Part shown: piece after piece, positions 58,126-64,000 of the stretch
Layout: every line of letters starts with the position of its first letter
How positions within the stretch are numbered: the first letter of the stretch is position 1
Assembly (NCBI GenBank): GCA_965224245.1
Contig: OZ245046.1
Coordinates: forward strand, 320,001-384,000
Direction of reading: 5' to 3'
From: Candidatus Eiseniibacteriota bacterium
GTDB taxonomy: Bacteria; Eisenbacteria; RBG-16-71-46; CAZAMP01
DNA length: 64,000 nucleotides
Made by a program: the position numbers and the translations under genes
Notes under the pieces: model-generated
The model's input: the letters and a program-made list of their open reading frames with translations, nothing else
Told to the model about the DNA's origin: nothing
The model's database searches: none

Positions 58126-60435
58126 ATGAGCCTGAAGAGACGGGCGGCCACTCCGGTGGCGATCATGCTCACGCTCGCGCCGGCGTTCTCGCCGGCCGAC
58201 GCCGCGGTCACGGCCGAGTGGCAGCTCGTGCGCCCCGACAACACGGGGGTGCCGGGCGCCGAGATTCGATTCCTCCGTTTCGGTCCCGACGACAACCTCT
58301 GGGTCTCCGCTCGCTGGGAGTTCTGGGAGAAGGGTGGGATCGGCATCCACGACGGCGTGACCGACACGTGGAGCGTGATCTCGACCGTCGACACGCCGAT
58401 ACCATCCGGATACATCAACGACGTCGTCTTCGATCCCGACGGATCCCTCTGGATCGCGACCAGCCACAACGAGCTGACCGGTGTCGATGGAGGCCTCCTG
58501 CACAAGCAAGGGGACCAGTGGACGATCTACGACCGCACCAACTCGCCTCTCCTCCACAACGGAATCCGCTCCATCGAGCAGGATTCCATGGGCAACCTCT
58601 GGATCAACAACACCGACGTCCGGGAAGGACTGGCGGCGCTGTTTCGCTTCGACGGCACGAGCTGGACCTCGTACCGCGTCCCGGACCAGCTCCCCTGGGA
58701 GGCCCCGTGGGACGAGCTCGGCTCGCTCCACATCGACGCGGACGACAACGTCTGGGTCACCAACTCGACGCTGCCCGGAGTGGCCAGGTTCGACGGCACG
58801 GAATGGACGCTGCATGGGGACGACATCAGCTGCTTCGACTACGTCACGACCGACAACGACGGGAACGTCTGGGTCATCTCGTGTCACAGCAGCTATTCGG
58901 TCTGGAAGTACGACGGGACGAGCTTCGTGCCGTTCGGCGGTGGAGCGCCTCCGCTGTCGTCGACGAGCATCACGCTCGTGACCTGCGATCGGTCCACCGG
59001 CGACATGTACATCGGAAACTGGATGGGCGAGGTCGTGAAGTCGACGAACGGCGGCGCGAGCTGGTCGTTCTTCGGCCAGGTGTCGAGCTTCGTGACCGGC
59101 ATTGCCTTCGACCCGCTCGGCGACGACGTCTACGTGGGAAGCCACCGAGGCGTGCATCACCTGAACGGGTTCGGCGGCTGGATCGAGTCCTTCAACAGCC
59201 CGAACACGGGCTTTCCCGACTACTTCGTCGATTACATGTCGCTGGATCGCAGCGGCTACTTCTGGGTGGCGACCGGTGAGGCCGGACTCTCCCGTTTCGA
59301 CGGCCAGCGCTGGCGCAACTGGGGCGATCACAATCTAGGCTCCGAGCCGTATCCGTTCGCCGGCAACGAGCCGATGGGAGGCGCCTACGAGGATCGAGAC
59401 GGCACCGTGTGGATGGGCGGCAACGGCATCGCGCGCTGGGATCCCGTCACCGAGGACTTCACCGGGTTCTGGAACTGGGAGAACAACCCGGGCATGGGCG
59501 TCACGATGTTTCCGTTCTTCGCCGAGGACATGAACGGCGAGCTGTTCGCGGCGACCGATACCGGCGCCATCTTCCGGTTCAACGGCGATCTGTGGGTCCG
59601 GGAGCCCGTCGACCCGTACTCCGGCGGTCACCTGCCGGGCATGAAGGCCGACAGCCAGGGCAACGTCTGGATCGCGGCCTGGTTCGATCTCCACAAGTGG
59701 GATGGCGAGGTCTGGACCGTCGTGGGCACGGAGTGGCCGATCTTCGATCTGGGCGGGATCAACGTGTTCGACATCGGTCCGGACGACGTGTTCTGGCTGG
59801 GGCTCGAGGACGGTCTCGCGCGCTGGGATGGCACCGACCTGACCGTGTACGACATGACGAACTCTCCCATCCCGTCGCTCGGCGTGAAGGGCGTGGCCGT
59901 GCGCTCGGACGGGATGATCGGGATGGCCACCTCGGAGTTCGGCTCGATCACGCCGTTTCCGAACGGCGTGGCGATCGTCGACGGGGACATCGACGATCCG
60001 GCGAGCTGGACCTCGTGGCACTACGAGGACTCGCCACTGCCGCACTATCAGCTCGGGCGGGTGGCGTTCGACGTCAATGGCAGCCTCTGGGTGAGCGCGA
60101 TCAGCGAGGCCGCGGCGGTGCTGCACCTCTCGCCGATCGTCGACGTGCCCACAAACGCCGGCGTTCCGCTGACCGGGGGGTGGCTCGTCCAGAACCGACC
60201 CAACCCGTTTCGAGGTGCGACCACGATCGGCTTCGAGCTGCCGCGCGCCGGAGCGGTGTCGATCGACCTGATCGACGTCAACGGGCGCCTCGTGCGGAGG
60301 CTGCTCGACCGCAGGATGGCCGAGGGACGACATGAGCTGGAGCTGTCGGGCGAGGGACTCGTGCCGGGGGTTTACTTCTATCGGCTGACGGCGAACGGGC
60401 ACGAGGAGACGCGGCGTCTCTCGATCGTTCGTTAA
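58126..60435 (+). CDS. Secreted Reg_prop-like beta-propeller protein with T9SS type A-like CTD
   Basis: AGGAGG RBS; signal peptide; DxxGxxW(I/V)..G(L/V)xRFDGxxW..NSP(L/I) repeats; QNRPNPF..GVYFYRL..RRLSIVR. Confidence 0.87.
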   Translation: MSLKRRAATPVAIMLTLAPAFSPADAAVTAEWQLVRPDNTGVPGAEIRFLRFGPDDNLWVSARWEFWEKGGIGIHDGVTDTWSVISTVDTPIPSGYINDVVFDPDGSLWIATSHNELTGVDGGLLHKQGDQWTIYDRTNSPLLHNGIRSIEQDSMGNLWINNTDVREGLAALFRFDGTSWTSYRVPDQLPWEAPWDELGSLHIDADDNVWVTNSTLPGVARFDGTEWTLHGDDISCFDYVTTDNDGNVWVISCHSSYSVWKYDGTSFVPFGGGAPPLSSTSITLVTCDRSTGDMYIGNWMGEVVKSTNGGASWSFFGQVSSFVTGIAFDPLGDDVYVGSHRGVHHLNGFGGWIESFNSPNTGFPDYFVDYMSLDRSGYFWVATGEAGLSRFDGQRWRNWGDHNLGSEPYPFAGNEPMGGAYEDRDGTVWMGGNGIARWDPVTEDFTGFWNWENNPGMGVTMFPFFAEDMNGELFAATDTGAIFRFNGDLWVREPVDPYSGGHLPGMKADSQGNVWIAAWFDLHKWDGEVWTVVGTEWPIFDLGGINVFDIGPDDVFWLGLEDGLARWDGTDLTVYDMTNSPIPSLGVKGVAVRSDGMIGMATSEFGSITPFPNGVAIVDGDIDDPASWTSWHYEDSPLPHYQLGRVAFDVNGSLWVSAISEAAAVLHLSPIVDVPTNAGVPLTGGWLVQNRPNPFRGATTIGFELPRAGAVSIDLIDVNGRLVRRLLDRRMAEGRHELELSGEGLVPGVYFYRLTANGHEETRRLSIVR

Positions 60436-60503
60436 CGGTCGGGTTCGAGCGAAGAGGGCCGCCCGCCCCGTCGGGTCGGTGCGTCTCGCGAAAGGAGCTC
60501 ATC

Positions 60504-61850
60504 GTGTTCGAGTGCGGAGTCCGGGCCCTGGGCGCGGCGCTGACCGTCTGCGTCGCGGTGAGGCCCGTCTCGGGGATCCCTCCCGAGTACACGATCGACA
60601 TCCTGGACGCTCCGGTCATCCACATCGACGACATGAACATCGAGGCCGAGGTCGTGGGGTGGACGACGGTGGGCGGCAACGTGCGTGCCTACGTGGCCGG
60701 ACCGGAGCATCCCTACGAGCTCTTGCCGCTGCCCGAGGGATACGCCAGCAGCTGGGCCAAGAACATCAACGACGCGGGGGTGATCGTCGGATCGGTGGGC
60801 GAAGGATTCACGCCGGAGTTCGGGGACGCGGTGGTCTGGACCCCCATCGAGGAGGGGTACGACGTGACGTTCCTCGGCGCATTGCCCGGTCACGACGACA
60901 GCGTGGCAATGGCCGTCAACAACGTCGGTGACATCGTGGGCTACTCGATCCAGCCCGGCTTTCAAGGTGGCCCCACGGTCTGGTTCAACTCCCCCGGAGG
61001 CATTCTCGATCTGAGTGATCTCGGGGCGCCCTCCTCGCCTCAGGATCTGAACGACGAACGGGTCCTCTGCGGCTGGAACGGCGGCCTGTTCGATCTGGAC
61101 GACCTGACCGCCATGCCGCTGCCCGGCGAGATTCCGCCCGACTGGGCGATGCCGCTCTCGTGGGCCATCAACGAGCACGGCGAGCTGGCGGGGTACTCGG
61201 GTATTCCGACGCTGATCCGCTTCGCGACCCGCTACACGCTCGACGGCGGCTGGGAGGTTCTCGGCAACGAGGTGGGATCCTCCGTTCAGGCGGGTGCATA
61301 CGACATCAACCGGGATGGTTCCGTGGTGCTGGAGACCAACATTCCCGGTCACGGCTGGGGTGTTGGTGCGTACTTCGACGGCGAGGGGACGGTGGCGCTC
61401 GAGAATCTCCTCGGTCCCGATCAGGGTGCGTGGACGTTCGTGACGAACCAGGGTGACGGGATCAACGATCGGGGACAGATCGCCGCGATCGCCGTCAGCC
61501 TGGAGGGACAGCCGGGGGGGCTGGCCGTTCTCTCGCCGGTCGAGGCCGTTCACGTCGCCGAGGTCGCCGCTCCCGCGCGACTGGGCGCGATCGTGCCCAC
61601 GCCGTTCCGGTCGACGACCGCGATCGGGTTCGTGGTCTCCGCTGCGGATCGTGAGGTGTGGCTCGACATCTTCTCGATCCACGGCCGGCACATCCGCGGT
61701 CTGGTTCGAGGTATCGCGTCCCCCGGCCGGCACGAGGTGATCTGGAACGGGATGGACGATGGGGGGAACCGCGTGGCGCCGGGCGTATACCTCTGTCGAC
61801 TTCGCGCCGGCACACGCATCGAGGCCCGCCGGGTTCATCTGGCGCCGTGA
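60504..61850 (+). CDS. Secreted HAF-like repeat protein with FlgD-Ig/T9SS-like CTD
   Basis: GTG start after AAGGAG; signal peptide; AxxIN(D/E/N)xGxI(V/A)G repeats; PTPF..WNGMD..PGVYLCRL. Confidence 0.82.
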   Translation: MFECGVRALGAALTVCVAVRPVSGIPPEYTIDILDAPVIHIDDMNIEAEVVGWTTVGGNVRAYVAGPEHPYELLPLPEGYASSWAKNINDAGVIVGSVGEGFTPEFGDAVVWTPIEEGYDVTFLGALPGHDDSVAMAVNNVGDIVGYSIQPGFQGGPTVWFNSPGGILDLSDLGAPSSPQDLNDERVLCGWNGGLFDLDDLTAMPLPGEIPPDWAMPLSWAINEHGELAGYSGIPTLIRFATRYTLDGGWEVLGNEVGSSVQAGAYDINRDGSVVLETNIPGHGWGVGAYFDGEGTVALENLLGPDQGAWTFVTNQGDGINDRGQIAAIAVSLEGQPGGLAVLSPVEAVHVAEVAAPARLGAIVPTPFRSTTAIGFVVSAADREVWLDIFSIHGRHIRGLVRGIASPGRHEVIWNGMDDGGNRVAPGVYLCRLRAGTRIEARRVHLAP

Positions 61851-62036
61851 GGCGACGGCGTCGCGCGTGTCGCCTCGGACCATGCGCGCCCCGCCGACAG
61901 ATGCGAGATGTATCAGCGGATCGCGACCGCCCACTCACTGTTGCGATGTGGCCGGGGCGGTTCCAACCGGTCGTCCCTCGGGGCCGGCATGCCCTGTGGT
62001 CCGGGAGGGTCGACGCATTCCAATCGAGAGGTCGAC

Positions 62037-63479
62037 GTGAACGCGCTCACGAGGCGAGTGTATGCGATCTGCGTGCTGGTCACGGCGGCGAGCCCCTGTC
62101 GGTCCGCGGGAGACTGGTCGTTCGTGCCACCGAGCCCGCTCGGTGGCCGGACCGACTTCTTCTATGACGTCGACGGCATCGGCTCCGGAGACGTATGGGC
62201 GGTCGGGTTCTGGGAGCCGCCGACGACGGACCGCAAGAGCCTCATCGAACACTTCGACGGTCACGCCTGGACGCAATCTCCCACGCCCGATACCGGCGTG
62301 ACCGCCCCCTTCGAGTCGTTGACCGGCGTGGTTGCGACCGCGTCCGACCACGCAGTGGCCGTCGGCTCGTACACCCCGATCGGATCCACCGGGCAGCCGC
62401 TGGCCATGGAGTGGAACGGGAGCGACTGGGAGCTTCTCTCGACGCCCGAGTTTTCCGGGGGTGGTGTCTTCTCGCCGGTTGATGCGACCGTGGACGGTCA
62501 CGTGTGGGTTGGGGGGTGGATTGCGGGCTCCGCATTCGTCGCCCGGCAGAACGGGGGCAGCTGGGATCTCGAGTGGGCGCCGCCGGTCAGCGGGTTTCGC
62601 AACCGGTTCTACGCGATGCACGCGCGCACCGACGACGAGATCTGGGTGGTCGGGACTCATGGCACCGGGTTCGGCGACTTCAGGATCTTGATACAGCGCT
62701 ACGACGGCGGATCGAGCTGGACGACGTTCGACGTGCCGACTCCGGGCTGGGACGACTCGCTTCAGGGCGTCGTGGCCTTCGCTCCGGACGACGTCTGGGT
62801 GGCGGGCTATTACTATCACACCACGCTCTTTCACTTTCAGCCGCTGCTCATGCACTTCGACGGCAGCGCGTGGTCGACGGTGACGCTCCCGGCGTTCACC
62901 GAGGGATCGGCCGAGCTCCGCGACATCTCCGGCACGGGGCCCGACGACGTGACGGCGGCGGGGACGTACGCGACCGCCGACGGCACGCCTCGCCCGTTCA
63001 TGCTGCACTACGACGGTAGCGCCTGGGCCGAGGTCGAGCTTCCGGTGACGGGCGGATCCGGCGAGTGGTTCCGGGGGGTCGGCACCACCGCCGACGGAAC
63101 CGTGTGGGCCGTCGGACAGTACTTCGACGGCGTCTCGACCGAGCCCATGGCCTTCCACGACGGGGACGTCGCCGTGAGCGCCGGTGACGTTCCCGTCACC
63201 CCCCTCACGCTGCAATCATTCGCCAGTCCCAACCCGTCACGGGCGGGCATCGCGGTGCGCTACTCGTCCGCGGCTCGGGGTGCGGCCCGGCTCCGCATCT
63301 GGGACGTCACGGGCAGGCTGGTGCGGGAGCTACATGAGCCGCGCGCCTCTGTGGGGCCGCGATCGATGCCGTGGGACGGCACCGACGATGCCGGAAGGCC
63401 CGCGCTCCCGGGAAGCTACTACTACGAGCTGACCCTGGGAGAATCCTCGTCCCGGCGGTCGTTCGTGCTCGTGCGTTGA
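62037..63479 (+). CDS. Secreted beta-propeller repeat protein with FlgD-Ig/T9SS-like CTD
   Basis: GTG start after GAGG; DVWAVG..HFDGxxW repeats; PNPS..WDVTGRLV..WDGTD..PGSYYY..FVLVR. Confidence 0.85.
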   Translation: MNALTRRVYAICVLVTAASPCRSAGDWSFVPPSPLGGRTDFFYDVDGIGSGDVWAVGFWEPPTTDRKSLIEHFDGHAWTQSPTPDTGVTAPFESLTGVVATASDHAVAVGSYTPIGSTGQPLAMEWNGSDWELLSTPEFSGGGVFSPVDATVDGHVWVGGWIAGSAFVARQNGGSWDLEWAPPVSGFRNRFYAMHARTDDEIWVVGTHGTGFGDFRILIQRYDGGSSWTTFDVPTPGWDDSLQGVVAFAPDDVWVAGYYYHTTLFHFQPLLMHFDGSAWSTVTLPAFTEGSAELRDISGTGPDDVTAAGTYATADGTPRPFMLHYDGSAWAEVELPVTGGSGEWFRGVGTTADGTVWAVGQYFDGVSTEPMAFHDGDVAVSAGDVPVTPLTLQSFASPNPSRAGIAVRYSSAARGAARLRIWDVTGRLVRELHEPRASVGPRSMPWDGTDDAGRPALPGSYYYELTLGESSSRRSFVLVR

Positions 63480-63531
63480 CGCACCCGGGGTCAGGTGAGA
63501 TCCGGACCCCGGACTGGACGGAGAGAGCAAG

Positions 63532-64000
63532 ATGATCGACACGAAAAGGTCTCGGATGCTCGTGAGAGCGACGATCCCGTTCACGGTGCTGATGGCCTCG
63601 AAGGACGTCGCGGCGGTCGAGACGCTCTTCGAGACCTCGACCGGATTCGTGACCGGCGACTACTCGAACGCACGCTTTCCTTACGCGATCGAGCTAGGGG
63701 ACGTGGACGGCGACGGGCGGGCCGATGCGGTGGTGGCACAGTGGCCGTGGGCGACGGGATTCGCGCTGCTTCCCGGCCGTCCGGACGGGTCGTTCGGAGA
63801 CGCTCGTCGCATCGACTCCGTGCTCCCCGCGCTGGATCTGTGCCTGGGCGACGTGGACCTGGACGGGGACCGGGACGTGGTCGTCTCCAACACCGGATAC
63901 AACTACGAGGGAACCACGGTCTCGGTGTTCCTGAACGACGGCTCGGGTGACTTCGGGCCCGAGCTCCAGTACTCGCTCGCCGCGGGCAGCCGCGGGCCCT
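63532..64000 (+). CDS. FG-GAP/VCBS-repeat secreted protein (5' part, runs off the window)
   Basis: Open frame from ATG 63532 to the window end: signal-like N-terminus, LGDVDGDGRAD, LGDVDLDGDRD, VSVFLNDGSG. Absent from the ORF track because no stop codon is reached. Confidence 0.8.
   Translation, partial: MIDTKRSRMLVRATIPFTVLMASKDVAAVETLFETSTGFVTGDYSNARFPYAIELGDVDGDGRADAVVAQWPWATGFALLPGRPDGSFGDARRIDSVLPALDLCLGDVDLDGDRDVVVSNTGYNYEGTTVSVFLNDGSGDFGPELQYSLAAGSRGP

Noticed and set aside
1215-63215. Many long antisense or alternate-frame ORFs (e.g. 21445-24156, 27576-30374, 46682-49288, 54909-57131)
   Set aside because: They shadow well-supported genes, are Arg/Pro/Gly-rich and lack motifs, as expected in high-GC DNA with few stop codons.
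1-64000. Genomic island or prophage interpretation
   Set aside because: No integrase, transposase, tRNA, phage genes or obvious compositional shift; the content looks like lineage-typical paralogue expansion.

Overview
A high-GC bacterial window with no housekeeping genes, rRNA/tRNA, CRISPR array or mobile element that I can recognise. Almost all of its ~35 genes fall into two classes. (i) Signalling: six Hanks-type Ser/Thr kinases with TPR tails, two of them kinase-STAND-ATPase-TPR fusions, plus three TIGR02999/ECF43-like sigma factors. (ii) Signal-peptide proteins: beta-propellers, beta-helices, FG-GAP, HAF and PD40 repeats and a CLCA-like metalloprotease. Ten of these end in a FlgD-Ig/T9SS-like C-terminal domain (CTD). 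Four others instead end in a gap-free 16-aa tail, [TI][PA][VTI]xx[STA][ST]W[GSA]x[LIV][KR]xx[YFH][RG], which looks like a second, interchangeable sorting signal; two neighbouring beta-helix paralogues carry one tail type each. Exactly the three kinases that lie beside a sigma factor carry a shared N-terminal helical extension, and the three others lack it, suggesting a sigma-docking module. Also present are two orphan pilin-type genes, a Cys1-less asparagine-synthetase homologue, a fused MFS/spermidine-synthase protein, a decayed M1 aminopeptidase and two AT-rich dyads of equal geometry. The gene style suggests an uncultured FCB-affiliated lineage such as Eisenbacteria, Krumholzibacteriota or Latescibacterota (inference only). 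Most starts were moved from the ORF track to positions with an RBS or signal peptide. Family assignments rest on motifs read by eye; no searches were run.
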